Source: a virus
Strand: one strand, 5' to 3'
Virus record (IMG/VR): IMGVR_UViG_3300010885_080919
Coordinates: 1-64,000 of that record
DNA: 64,000 bases
The notes beneath the pieces were generated by a model that worked only from the letters and a program-made list of their open reading frames with translations, made no database searches and was not told the DNA's origin. A program made the translations under genes and the position numbers. Of this stretch, positions 1 through 9,707 are shown piece after piece; the stretch's first letter is position 1; every line of letters begins with the position of its first letter.

Positions 1-2760
1 ACAAGGAATAACAGGTAATACTGGTTCTCAAGGTACACAAGGAATAACAGGTAATACTGGTTCTCAAGGTACACAAGGAATAACAGGTAATACTGGTTCT
101 CAAGGTACACAAGGAATAACAGGCAATACTGGTTCTCAAGGTACACAAGGAATAACGGGTAACACTGGTTCACAAGGTACACAGGGAATAACAGGCAACA
201 CTGGTTCACAAGGTACACAGGGAATAACAGGCAACACTGGTTCTCAAGGCATACAGGGAATAACAGGTAATACTGGTTCACAAGGTACACAAGGAATAAC
301 AGGCAATACTGGTTCTCAAGGTACACAAGGAATAACAGGTAACACTGGTTCTCAAGGTTTACAGGGAATAACAGGCAACACTGGTTCTCAAGGCACACAG
401 GGAATAACAGGTAACACTGGTTCTCAAGGCATACAGGGAATAACAGGCAACACTGGTTCGCAAGGTACACAAGGAATAACAGGTAACACTGGTTCACAAG
501 GTATACAAGGATTTAATGGAACGAATGGCATTCAAGGCAGGACTGGTTCTCAAGGCACACAAGGAATAACAGGCGACACTGGTTCTCAAGGCACAACAGG
601 CAACACTGGTAGCACTGGGTCTCAAGGTGTACAAGGAATTACAGGCAATACTGGTAGCACTGGGTCTCAAGGTGTACAGGGAATAACAGGCAATACAGGC
701 TTACAAGGCTTACAAGGCTTACAAGGCATACAAGGAATACAAGGAATACAAGGAATACAAGGAATACAAGGTACACAAGGCATACAAGGAATACAAGGTA
801 CACAAGGCATACAAGGAATACAAGGAATACAAGGAATACAAGGAATACAAGGTACACAAGGAATACAAGGTACACAAGGTACACAAGGTACACAAGGTTT
901 ACAAGGAATAACAGGCAATACTGGTTCTCAAGGTACACAAGGAATAACAGGTAATACTGGTTCGCAAGGTTTACAAGGAATAACAGGTAATACTGGTTCT
1001 CAAGGCATACAGGGAATAACAGGCAACACTGGTTCTCAAGGCATACAGGGAATAACAGGCAACACTGGTTCGCAAGGTTTACAAGGAATAACAGGCAATA
1101 CTGGTTCTCAAGGTACACAAGGAATAACCGGCAATACTGGTTCGCAAGGTTTACAGGGACTAACAGGTAATACTGGTTCGCAAGGTTTACAAGGAATAAC
1201 AGGTAATACTGGTTCTCAAGGCATACAGGGAATAACAGGCAACACTGGTTCGCAAGGTTTACAGGGAATAACAGGCAATACTGGTTCGCAAGGTTTACAG
1301 GGAATAACAGGCAATACTGGTTCACAAGGTACACAAGGAATAACAGGTAATACTGGTTCACAAGGTATACAAGGTAGACAAGGTTTACAAGGAATAACCG
1401 GCAATACTGGTTCTCAAGGTTTACAGGGAATTACAGGTAATACTGGTTCTCAAGGTACACAAGGAATAACCGGCAATACTGGTTCGCAAGGTTTACAAGG
1501 AATTACAGGTAATACTGGTTCGCAAGGCATACAGGGAATAACAGGCAATACTGGTTCTCAAGGTACACAAGGAATAACAGGCAATACTGGTTCTCAAGGT
1601 ACACAAGGAATAACCGGCAATACTGGTTCTCAAGGTTTACAGGGAATAACAGGTAATACTGGTTCGCAAGGTACACAAGGAATAACGGGTAACACTGGTT
1701 CACAAGGTACACAAGGAATAACGGGTAACACTGGTTCACAAGGTACACAAGGAATAACGGGTAACACTGGTTCACAAGGTACACAGGGAATAACAGGCAA
1801 CACTGGTTCACAAGGTACACAGGGAATAACAGGCAATACTGGTTCGCAAGGTTTACAGGGAATAACAGGCAATACTGGTTCACAAGGTACACAGGGAATA
1901 ACAGGTAATACTGGTTCTCAAGGTTTACAGGGAATAACAGGTAATACTGGTTCTCAAGGTTTACAGGGAATAACAGGTAATACTGGTTCTCAAGGTACAC
2001 AGGGAATTACAGGTAATACTGGTTCTCAAGGTACACAGGGAATTACAGGTAATACTGGTTCTCAAGGTACACAAGGAATAACAGGCAATACTGGTTCTCA
2101 AGGTTTACAGGGAATAACAGGTAATACTGGTTCGCAAGGTACACAAGGAATAACAGGTAACACTGGTTCTCAAGGCATACAGGGAATAACAGGCAATACT
2201 GGTTCTCAAGGTTTACAAGGAATAACAGGCAATACTGGTTCACAAGGTACACAGGGAATAACAGGCAACACTGGTTCGCAAGGTTTACAGGGAATAACAG
2301 GCAATACTGGTTCTCAAGGTTTACAGGGAATAACAGGCAACACTGGTTCGCAAGGTTTACAGGGAATAACAGGCAATACTGGTTCACAAGGTACACAGGG
2401 AATAACAGGCAACACTGGTTCGCAAGGTTTACAGGGAATAACAGGCAATACTGGTTCTCAAGGTTTACAGGGAATAACAGGCAATACTGGTTCGCAAGGT
2501 ACACAAGGAATAACGGGTAACACTGGTTCGCAAGGTACACAAGGAATAACAGGTAATACTGGTTCTCAAGGTTTACAAGGAATAACAGGCAACACTGGTT
2601 CGCAAGGTTTACAGGGAATAACAGGCAATACTGGTTCTCAAGGTTTACAGGGAATAACAGGCAATACTGGTTCGCAAGGTACACAAGGTACACAAGGAAT
2701 TACAGGCGTACAGGGAATAACAGGTAATACTGGTTCTCAAGGTGTACAAGGAATACAGGG
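1..2760 (+). repeat. Coding tandem repeat: 36-bp unit ([10 protein letters not shown]-[T/L/I]-Q) with a 9-bp-unit (G-[I/T/L]-Q) block at ~700-900
   Basis: Seen directly; variation is mostly at synonymous positions plus one variable codon. Confidence 0.95.
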
Positions 2761-3133
2761 AGTCACAATACCTTCTATTACAGTATCTGGTTCTGATACG
2801 ACTGTGAGTGGTAATCTAAAAACCACTACAGTTACTGAAGGGGTGGTAGTTATAGGAAACAGTGGTGCGTCTAAAACTTTATCTATAGACAATGGAACTG
2901 TTCAAACTTGCACTTTAACAGGAAATTGTACTTTTACTATGCCGTCTTTAGTTGCTGGAAAAAGCTTTTTATTATTTTTAAATACGGGTGCTGGATCTTT
3001 TTCTTCGACATTTACTTCTGTCAAGTGGTCTGGTTCTGCTCCTACAGTCACTACAGCAGCTAGCAAAGTAGATATATTCACATTTGTTTCTGATGGAACT
3101 TATTGGTATGGCGTATACACTCAAAATTATTGA
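1..3133 (+). CDS. Collagen-like (Gly-X-Y) fibre protein with C-terminal beta-rich domain; 5'-truncated by the window
   Basis: Frame from base 2 reads [12 protein letters not shown] repeatedly and is in frame with ORF 2804-3133, whose C-terminus ([26 protein letters not shown]) resembles phage fibre C-terminal domains. Confidence 0.9.
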   Translation, partial: QGITGNTGSQGTQGITGNTGSQGTQGITGNTGSQGTQGITGNTGSQGTQGITGNTGSQGTQGITGNTGSQGTQGITGNTGSQGIQGITGNTGSQGTQGITGNTGSQGTQGITGNTGSQGLQGITGNTGSQGTQGITGNTGSQGIQGITGNTGSQGTQGITGNTGSQGIQGFNGTNGIQGRTGSQGTQGITGDTGSQGTTGNTGSTGSQGVQGITGNTGSTGSQGVQGITGNTGLQGLQGLQGIQGIQGIQGIQGIQGTQGIQGIQGTQGIQGIQGIQGIQGIQGTQGIQGTQGTQGTQGLQGITGNTGSQGTQGITGNTGSQGLQGITGNTGSQGIQGITGNTGSQGIQGITGNTGSQGLQGITGNTGSQGTQGITGNTGSQGLQGLTGNTGSQGLQGITGNTGSQGIQGITGNTGSQGLQGITGNTGSQGLQGITGNTGSQGTQGITGNTGSQGIQGRQGLQGITGNTGSQGLQGITGNTGSQGTQGITGNTGSQGLQGITGNTGSQGIQGITGNTGSQGTQGITGNTGSQGTQGITGNTGSQGLQGITGNTGSQGTQGITGNTGSQGTQGITGNTGSQGTQGITGNTGSQGTQGITGNTGSQGTQGITGNTGSQGLQGITGNTGSQGTQGITGNTGSQGLQGITGNTGSQGLQGITGNTGSQGTQGITGNTGSQGTQGITGNTGSQGTQGITGNTGSQGLQGITGNTGSQGTQGITGNTGSQGIQGITGNTGSQGLQGITGNTGSQGTQGITGNTGSQGLQGITGNTGSQGLQGITGNTGSQGLQGITGNTGSQGTQGITGNTGSQGLQGITGNTGSQGLQGITGNTGSQGTQGITGNTGSQGTQGITGNTGSQGLQGITGNTGSQGLQGITGNTGSQGLQGITGNTGSQGTQGTQGITGVQGITGNTGSQGVQGIQGVTIPSITVSGSDTTVSGNLKTTTVTEGVVVIGNSGASKTLSIDNGTVQTCTLTGNCTFTMPSLVAGKSFLLFLNTGAGSFSSTFTSVKWSGSAPTVTTAASKVDIFTFVSDGTYWYGVYTQNY

Positions 3134-3141
3134 TATAAATT

Positions 3142-3744
3142 ATGTTTAGTCCAAGATTTACATTTTTTGCTAAAAAAGTCGCAGGAGGCTACACGCCATT
3201 TGCGGTTGTTTTCAATACTCCTACTACAAGTACTTATACAGTTCCAACAGGAGCAACAAGTATGAAAGCGTGGGTCATAGGCGGAGGTGGAGGCGGAGAA
3301 TCAGACTCTATCAATTGTCAGCAGCAGAGCGACGGATCTAATGGGGGAGAATCTGTTAAAACATATACAGTTGTTGGAGGCGGGACCGTTTCTTATACAG
3401 TTGGGTCTGCTGGAGTTGCGGGCTCTTACACAGGAAATACCAGCACAGATGCTACAGACGGTGGAAATTCAACAGTTACATATAATTCCACAACTATAAC
3501 AGCTACAGGGGGAGCAAATGGATACAACCCAAATCATCCTGGTACAGGTAGCGGAGGCGATTTTAATCACACATATGATGGAGCCGATTATCCTTCTAAT
3601 CCCGTTACTAGAAATACAGCAATAACAACATCCGGAAACACGCCATCTACATTTAACAACAGCATTGGCTATAAAGGCAACGGAACTACTTCCGGATCAA
3701 CAAACGGAAAACCAGGAGGCGTGGTTTTGTATTTTTTCACTTAA
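3142..3744 (+). CDS. Glycine-rich-domain virion/fibre-associated protein
   Basis: YTVPTGATSMKAWVIGGGGGG...VSYTVGSAG...TITATGG...GGVVL pattern of phage glycine-rich domains; follows the fibre gene. Confidence 0.7.
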   Translation: MFSPRFTFFAKKVAGGYTPFAVVFNTPTTSTYTVPTGATSMKAWVIGGGGGGESDSINCQQQSDGSNGGESVKTYTVVGGGTVSYTVGSAGVAGSYTGNTSTDATDGGNSTVTYNSTTITATGGANGYNPNHPGTGSGGDFNHTYDGADYPSNPVTRNTAITTSGNTPSTFNNSIGYKGNGTTSGSTNGKPGGVVLYFFT

Positions 3745-4294
3745 TATTTTTTATATCCCACATTCCGCCTTCCCCTGAGTTTGGCACAAAATCTTTGCTT
3801 TTAAATTTACTTGTGTTGCCTTTTATTTTTGTTATATCCCATTGTCCTCCCTCGCCTACTGTATTTTTAGGAGAAGAATTTGATCCTGGTATGTGTTTAA
3901 TATTCCACATTCCGCCTTCGCCTTCATCCGGTACGAGATCTTTGTTTTTAGTATAACTTGGCTTGCCTTTTAAGTGTTTGATATTCCACATTCCGCCTTC
4001 ACCATGATTGGTTCCCCAACCTTGTTTTGCTGTTGGTTTTTGCGTATCGCCTGGAATATGTCTAATGTCCCACATCCCGCCTTCGCCAGTGTTAAGAGTT
4101 TTATTTACCATTTGTTTAGTCTTGTAATTATAAATTCTATCATCCATAGAAAGATAGAAAATAGCATCCGCACTTCTTGTTAAATACCATTGAGGCGGAT
4201 ATAGGGCGATGCCGCCGTAGCCGGGCGGATATAATCCTGTCTTGGATCCCGGATTAGATGCTTCAGATATTAACCATTCTTTAAAATTAAGCAT
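3737..4294 (-). CDS. Hypothetical protein with five GEGG(M/Q)W(D/N)I repeats and an N-terminal FKEWL motif
   Basis: Repeats visible in the translation; late-promoter-like TATAAATA upstream. Confidence 0.8.
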   Translation of the reverse strand: MLNFKEWLISEASNPGSKTGLYPPGYGGIALYPPQWYLTRSADAIFYLSMDDRIYNYKTKQMVNKTLNTGEGGMWDIRHIPGDTQKPTAKQGWGTNHGEGGMWNIKHLKGKPSYTKNKDLVPDEGEGGMWNIKHIPGSNSSPKNTVGEGGQWDITKIKGNTSKFKSKDFVPNSGEGGMWDIKNIK

Positions 4295-4329
4295 ATATAA
4301 ATTATCCCTTATTATTTATATATGCTTAA
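4287..4329 (-). promoter_or_regulatory. Perfect 16-bp inverted repeat containing a T4-late-like TATAAATA and covering the start codon of 3737-4294
   Basis: TTAAGCATATATAAAT (4287-4302) / ATTTATATATGCTTAA (4314-4329), 11-nt loop. Confidence 0.65.
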
Positions 4330-4338
4330 GGACAAAAT

Positions 4339-4800
4339 ATGGCTGAGTATTACAACATATCCGTAGAAGAAATGAACAATTTTCTTGTCCCACAAGGTTT
4401 CTCTCAAGTAGTTTTGCCGGGAACAAGAGAACTTGTTTATGGAAAAAGAGTCGATGCAAACAATATGAAAATGACATTAAGAGTGTACACCGGAATAGAT
4501 CCAAGCGGTCAGTCTAGAGACGTTGGCGAAGACGCAATGAGAGTTAATCTTTTCGTTAAACTTCCTAGCGGAGAAATAAAGAAACTTTTTGGATCAAAAA
4601 GAGTCCACAGAGTAAAAGGTTGGATGAAAAATCTACAATCTAGAATAAATGATGCATTGCAACAAATGCCACAAAGAATGTGTGAAAAGTGTGGCTTACC
4701 AATGATTTTAAGAGAAGGAAAAAGCAAAACAACTGGCAAACCATATAGTTTTTATGGGTGCGTGGGATATCCTTCTTGCACTAACACAAAACCAGTTTAA
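4339..4800 (+). CDS. Hypothetical protein with C-terminal topoisomerase-type C4 zinc ribbon
   Basis: CEKCGLPMILREG...FYGCVGYPSC. Confidence 0.8.
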   Translation: MAEYYNISVEEMNNFLVPQGFSQVVLPGTRELVYGKRVDANNMKMTLRVYTGIDPSGQSRDVGEDAMRVNLFVKLPSGEIKKLFGSKRVHRVKGWMKNLQSRINDALQQMPQRMCEKCGLPMILREGKSKTTGKPYSFYGCVGYPSCTNTKPV

Positions 4801-4811
4801 AGGAGAAAAAA

Positions 4812-5165
4812 ATGAAAGAATGGTTTGGACTATCAGGAATAAATGAATCTGTTGAATCTGAAATTAAAGAATTTGCAAAAAAAAGATATGATGGTGCAAA
4901 AAAAATAACAGAAAATGCAAGTGAAAAAGGCGGTGCCGCTTTATTAACAAGAGATCACTTTGCTGTTAAACTACCTTATTACAACAAAGCAAAATCTGGT
5001 AATTTCGATAGAGTAGAAATGAAGAAAGAATATCAAGAACTATGTAATTCTTTGCATTCAAAAATGAATAAAATAGAAAATGTCAATCAGAAAGAGTTTC
5101 AGGAGTTGCTTGGTAAATTAGAAGTTATAGGAGAGCTTTTAATCAAATCACAAGAAATGAGGTAA
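4812..5165 (+). CDS. Hypothetical protein
   Basis: ORF preceded by AAGGAG RBS. Confidence 0.75.
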   Translation: MKEWFGLSGINESVESEIKEFAKKRYDGAKKITENASEKGGAALLTRDHFAVKLPYYNKAKSGNFDRVEMKKEYQELCNSLHSKMNKIENVNQKEFQELLGKLEVIGELLIKSQEMR

Positions 5166-5167
5166 AA

Positions 5168-5770
5168 ATGTCAATCACACAATCAAGAGTGTTAGTTCTA
5201 AACAGATCTTGGATAGCTCTAGGAACAACAACTCTTGAAAACGCTATTACAAAGGCGGCATCGTTTTATAAAGACGGTACTCCTAAAGCTAAAATCATAG
5301 ACGGTATAAATGATTTTAGAGCCTTTGAATGGTCAGATTGGACTAAGTTGACCCCAAAAGAAAACGAGGCTGGAATACGTGGCGTAAACGCCATATTTCG
5401 CATTCCGGAAATAATTCAATTTACTAAATATGACAAAGCACCAACGAGAAAAATTCATTATAACAGAAGAACTATATTTATAAGAGACAACAGTCAGTGT
5501 CAATATTGCAGTTCCAAAAAAGATCTATCTTTGGATCATATAATTCCTAAATGCCAAGGAGGACTAACAAATTGGGAAAACATTGTTGTTGCTTGCGTAA
5601 AATGCAACGTGAAAAAAGCTGGCAGAACCCCATTGCAGGCTGGAATGCGATTATTAAAACAGCCTGCTAAACCAAAATCTACTTTATTTGCTGGGGAGAA
5701 GATCGTTAAGTCTTGGAGCTCATTTGTAGGCGAGGCATATTGGTTGACCGAGCTAGAGCACGATTCATGA
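5168..5770 (+). CDS. HNH endonuclease (McrA-like)
   Basis: VLVLN...RDNSQCQYC...SLDHIIPKCQGG..WENIVVACVKCNVKK. Confidence 0.92.
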   Translation: MSITQSRVLVLNRSWIALGTTTLENAITKAASFYKDGTPKAKIIDGINDFRAFEWSDWTKLTPKENEAGIRGVNAIFRIPEIIQFTKYDKAPTRKIHYNRRTIFIRDNSQCQYCSSKKDLSLDHIIPKCQGGLTNWENIVVACVKCNVKKAGRTPLQAGMRLLKQPAKPKSTLFAGEKIVKSWSSFVGEAYWLTELEHDS

Positions 5771-6172
5771 TGCTCCGATATTTAAACTTATAGATATGTT
5801 TCCGCCATCACTCGGTAATATAAAAGGAGCGTCGTTAAACCTTTCTACCCATAAAATATAATCCTCAGAGTCTACCGTTGAAGTTACGTAGTATCCATAT
5901 ACTTGCGTGTTAGTAGAAAAATTAAATGTTTGTTCTGGATATGATGCTGTCGTTATGTTTGATAATGTTTCAATCACCCAACCGCTTTGATTCAAAGTTA
6001 TTGGCACATATCCAAGCTGATCGGCTTCTATTAGATCAGAGTATACTGTTAGTTTATTTGGATTAAAATCATTTTTGAACAATCTCAATATTTGAGTGGT
6101 TGGAGCAGATGATTTACCTAAAATAAGATTTAAAGCTAATTGATCTGATATATTTGGAACTATTAATGTCAT
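5765..6172 (-). CDS. Probable virion structural protein
   Basis: LRLFKND...TASYPEQTF..VYGYYV...WVERF pattern resembles small phage tail/structural proteins; start moved to MTLIVPN. Confidence 0.6.
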   Translation of the reverse strand: MTLIVPNISDQLALNLILGKSSAPTTQILRLFKNDFNPNKLTVYSDLIEADQLGYVPITLNQSGWVIETLSNITTASYPEQTFNFSTNTQVYGYYVTSTVDSEDYILWVERFNDAPFILPSDGGNISISLNIGAS

Positions 6173-6182
6173 ACATTCCCTT

Positions 6183-6356
6183 TCATGGTGACCCGCCATC
6201 AAATTTTACACTTCTTCTATAATCAACCACATCATCTAAAGCTTTATCCGCAGATAATTCATATTTACAATTTTTTTTGTTGCAAATAGTATTTGCTTTT
6301 TTAATTTGTTCTTTATTTTTTTTTAAATTTTTAAATCTTTTTGGTAATTCGCGCAT
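6183..6356 (-). CDS. 57-aa basic hypothetical protein ending DGGSP (not in ORF track)
   Basis: ATG at 6356 after AAGGA; MRELPKRF...KFDGGSP*. Confidence 0.6.
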   Translation of the reverse strand: MRELPKRFKNLKKNKEQIKKANTICNKKNCKYELSADKALDDVVDYRRSVKFDGGSP

Positions 6357-6368
6357 ATAAAATCCTTT

Positions 6369-6893
6369 TCATGGGGTTCCACCGTCAAGCAAAACTCGTT
6401 CTATTTCTTTTAGTATCTCAGCTGCCTTTATATCGCTATTTATGAATTCTGTTTTAAAACTGTTTGATTTCATTTTGTTTACAAGGTTTTTTAGTTTTTT
6501 CAATGTAACTCCTACCGGAACATCGTTAGGCGAAGTAACAGAACTGGTGTAGTATTGACTTACACCGCACCCACCTATTTTCATAATTAGTTCTTCTAAA
6601 TAATTCTTAAAACTTTCTGCTTCTTGTTGGGCCTCTGGGTATCTGCACAGTGTGTTTTCATCATGTATCCTGTTAAATGTGTCTTTGTACATAAAAATAG
6701 GCTGGTGTCCCTTAAAGAATAAATTCACTTTTTTGACGCCTATTTTTTCAAAAACTCCCAACCTTGCTTTTCTTAAAATGTATAAAACTTCTCCAATAGC
6801 AAATTTAGAAGGATATAGACTATTTAAATTGATTATAGGACAACCAAAAAACCTTATCTTTCCAGATCCGTTAAAAGTATATGATATTGACAT
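6369..6893 (-). CDS. Hypothetical protein ending DGGTP
   Basis: ORF in tandem with neighbouring minus-strand genes. Confidence 0.7.
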   Translation of the reverse strand: MSISYTFNGSGKIRFFGCPIINLNSLYPSKFAIGEVLYILRKARLGVFEKIGVKKVNLFFKGHQPIFMYKDTFNRIHDENTLCRYPEAQQEAESFKNYLEELIMKIGGCGVSQYYTSSVTSPNDVPVGVTLKKLKNLVNKMKSNSFKTEFINSDIKAAEILKEIERVLLDGGTP

Positions 6894-6961
6894 TTTAATC
6901 CTAAATAGTATGTCTACACAATATATAGTGTGTAGATACTCATAACCGAATAAAAGTTAAA

Positions 6962-7588
6962 ATGCCAGTAAAAGCTCAAATACAATTCAGAAGAGGTACT
7001 CGTCAGGAGTGGATAGACAAAAATCCCATATTAGATCAAGGTGAGCCAGGTTACGAAACAGACACAGGAAGATACAAAATAGGAAATGGTATCTTAGTAT
7101 GGACTAGATTGCAATATGCTACAGACAGTATAAATCCTATATTATTAGCAGATAATTCCAATATATTAAATAAAACAGAGGTTGTTTCTCCAGAAATAAA
7201 TTTTAAAACAATAGAGGACACAGACATCTTTACTGTGCCCGATGGGTTTGAATTCTTGATAGATTCTATGGAAGTAATTACAAAACAAATAACCACTCCG
7301 AATTCACCCCCAACTATAAGATTTGGAAATCGTCAAGACTTTCAAGCTTATTATCCAAACAATATAATTACAAGCAACGAAACTGGGTTTCGGCACGTGA
7401 TACAAATGCCACAAAACGCCATTGATGAAGGAGTAATTGTTACAATTGGAGTTATACTTCCTAGTTCCGCAGCTTCTCATTCTGGATACGGCATTGTTCG
7501 TGGTAATCTATTGCCAAAAACATATGGTGCCATGAGTGCTAATCTGTTGCCGCACAATGTGCATGCTAATCTGTTGCCAAAAACATAA
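6962..7588 (+). CDS. Tail-fibre-type protein with Mtd-N/hyaluronidase-N-like N-terminal domain
   Basis: IQFRRGT..EW...NPILDQGEPGYETDTGRYKIGNG. Confidence 0.85.
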   Translation: MPVKAQIQFRRGTRQEWIDKNPILDQGEPGYETDTGRYKIGNGILVWTRLQYATDSINPILLADNSNILNKTEVVSPEINFKTIEDTDIFTVPDGFEFLIDSMEVITKQITTPNSPPTIRFGNRQDFQAYYPNNIITSNETGFRHVIQMPQNAIDEGVIVTIGVILPSSAASHSGYGIVRGNLLPKTYGAMSANLLPHNVHANLLPKT

Positions 7589-7609
7589 ATTATCGTACTA
7601 TCTTATGAT

Positions 7610-8590
7610 ATGCTATCTAAAATATCATTAGAAAATGGTGGATTTTTAAAACCTCTTTTGCTGCCGACAGCTTCGATTGTTGGGCCATCTCTCTGCAATC
7701 CATCTGTTTTTGTACAAGAAAATGAAGAAGTTTTAGTTAATTTAAGAAATATTAATTATGTTTTATATCACAGCGAAAAAAACAAATACGAGCATAGTTG
7801 GGGACCTTTGTGTTATCTACACAAAGAAAATGATCTGAGACTGGCGACAAATAATATTTTGTGCAAATTAGATAAAAATTTAGATATAAAATCAAATAAC
7901 ATTATAAACACATCTTCTTTAGACGAAACTCCTCTTTGGGAGTTTGTAGGATTAGAGGACGGAAGATTAGTTAATTGGCATAATAAATTATATTTAAGTG
8001 GAGTTAGAAGAGACACGACTACTCACGGACAAGGAAGAATGGAATTATCTGAGTTGTCTGTTGCGGAAAACAACGTTGTAGAAATAAGCAGAGCTAGAAT
8101 CCCCGCTCCAGGAAACAACGAAAGCTACTGCGAGAAGAACTGGATGCCTGTGTTGGATCAGGAATACACTTATGTAAAATGGACAAACGCCACAGAAGTA
8201 GTAAAATTCGACCCAATAAATAAAACTTGTAACACAATTTTTCTTAAAGAATATAAGCAATTGTATACAAATGATTTAAGAGGTGGATCACAAGTAATTC
8301 CTTATAAAGATAATTATTTAGCAGTAGTACATGAATCAAACTTGTACAAATCCGAGGCTGGCAAGAAAGACGCCACCTACAGACATAGGTTTGTTTTGTG
8401 GGACAAGAATTGGAATTTGATTAATCTGTCCGATACTTTTTCTTTTATGGATGCTAAAATAGAATTTTGTTGTGGACTAGCAGAATACAGAGATAAACTA
8501 TTATTGTCTTTCGGATTTCAAGATAATGCTTCTTACCTTTTAGGATTTCCTAAAAAACTTTTAGGAAAATATTTAAAAATATATGAATGA
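7610..8590 (+). CDS. Beta-propeller glycosidase/phosphorylase-like protein (GH130/GH43 clan-like)
   Basis: NPSV, GLEDGRL, EKNWMP, LRGGSQ, IEFCCG, FGFQD motifs. Confidence 0.7.
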   Translation: MLSKISLENGGFLKPLLLPTASIVGPSLCNPSVFVQENEEVLVNLRNINYVLYHSEKNKYEHSWGPLCYLHKENDLRLATNNILCKLDKNLDIKSNNIINTSSLDETPLWEFVGLEDGRLVNWHNKLYLSGVRRDTTTHGQGRMELSELSVAENNVVEISRARIPAPGNNESYCEKNWMPVLDQEYTYVKWTNATEVVKFDPINKTCNTIFLKEYKQLYTNDLRGGSQVIPYKDNYLAVVHESNLYKSEAGKKDATYRHRFVLWDKNWNLINLSDTFSFMDAKIEFCCGLAEYRDKLLLSFGFQDNASYLLGFPKKLLGKYLKIYE

Positions 8591-9704
8591 AGAAATAATA
8601 AATTATATTGAAGATCCAAATAACGATTTAAATAATTTTAATTTAGCGTTATGGTATCACAAACAATTACATTACTCTCCAGCATGTAGTTTTTATCTAA
8701 GGTGTGCAGAATTAACTGAGGCTCCGGTATTAGCGTATGAATGTTTATTAAATTTATATTGCTGCTACAAAGAATTGTCGGGACGCAATTACACGTGTGA
8801 AAACCTACTAAAAAGTGCTATCAATTTAGGACCCAAATATCCAGAAGCTTACTTTCTGTTAAGTCAATTTTACGAAGCACAAGGAAATTGGATGGATTGC
8901 TATTTATATGCTTCTCTTGGATTAGAGAATACTGATTGTTTGCCCACCGCCAACATGGCAAGAAATTTTGGATATGAAGGCAAATATTGTTTAATATTTC
9001 AAAAAGCTGTAAGTTCTTGGTGGTATGGAAAACCACACGAATGCAGAAATTTGTTTATTTCTATATTAAGCGATTATTACGGAGAATTAAATCCTAATTA
9101 CAAAGCAATTTTACAAAATAATTTATCTAAATTAGGAATAGGAAGTTTAAATCTAGAGAATATTAGCAATGATTGTCTAGACTTTGAAAAAGAATATTTA
9201 AATGCTTGTGTTATTCCTAGTGATATAAATGAAAATCTGCATATTTTGCATGAATTAGCAAAACAATGCAAGCATGTTACTGAATTTGGTGTTCGAACAG
9301 GAGTTAGTACAAGAGCGTTTCTGAACACTGATGTCACATTAAGATCTTACGATCTTGATTTATGCCCAATGGTCAGCGTTCTTTTTGAAAATGCTAAAAA
9401 ATTAAATAAAGATGTTTCTTACGCCAAAGCAAATGATTTAGAAATAGAAATAGAAGAAACAGACTTGCTTTTTATCGATACGTGGCACTCTTACAACCAA
9501 GTAAAAGAAGAGTTGAAAAAACATGCATGTAAAGTGAAAAAATACATTGTTTTTCATGACACTCACACATATGGAACAAAGGGAGAAGACGACAATATTG
9601 GCCTTCTTCCTGCTTTAATAGAGTTTATGATAAATAATCCAGAATGGAAGTTTCATACCCACAAAACAAATAATAACGGAATGACAGTAATAGAAAAAAG
9701 TTAA
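8583..9704 (+). CDS. TPR region fused to class I SAM methyltransferase (Methyltransf_24-like)
   Basis: TPR-like helices (PEAYFLLSQFYE), then VTEFGVRTGVST, DLLFIDTWH, IVFHDT. Confidence 0.8.
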   Translation: MNEEIINYIEDPNNDLNNFNLALWYHKQLHYSPACSFYLRCAELTEAPVLAYECLLNLYCCYKELSGRNYTCENLLKSAINLGPKYPEAYFLLSQFYEAQGNWMDCYLYASLGLENTDCLPTANMARNFGYEGKYCLIFQKAVSSWWYGKPHECRNLFISILSDYYGELNPNYKAILQNNLSKLGIGSLNLENISNDCLDFEKEYLNACVIPSDINENLHILHELAKQCKHVTEFGVRTGVSTRAFLNTDVTLRSYDLDLCPMVSVLFENAKKLNKDVSYAKANDLEIEIEETDLLFIDTWHSYNQVKEELKKHACKVKKYIVFHDTHTYGTKGEDDNIGLLPALIEFMINNPEWKFHTHKTNNNGMTVIEKS

Positions 9705-9707
9705 AAA

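Noticed and set aside
639-2693. Minus-strand Cys/Pro- or Leu/Tyr-rich repeat ORFs
   Set aside because: Shadows of the + strand collagen repeat; variation is synonymous only in the + frame
1-2760. 36-bp periodic repeat as a CRISPR array
   Set aside because: No unique spacers, open collagen frame, no cas genes
5168-5770. HNH protein as an IscB/Cas9-like RNA-guided nuclease
   Set aside because: No RuvC motifs and no adjacent non-coding space; common stand-alone HNH type
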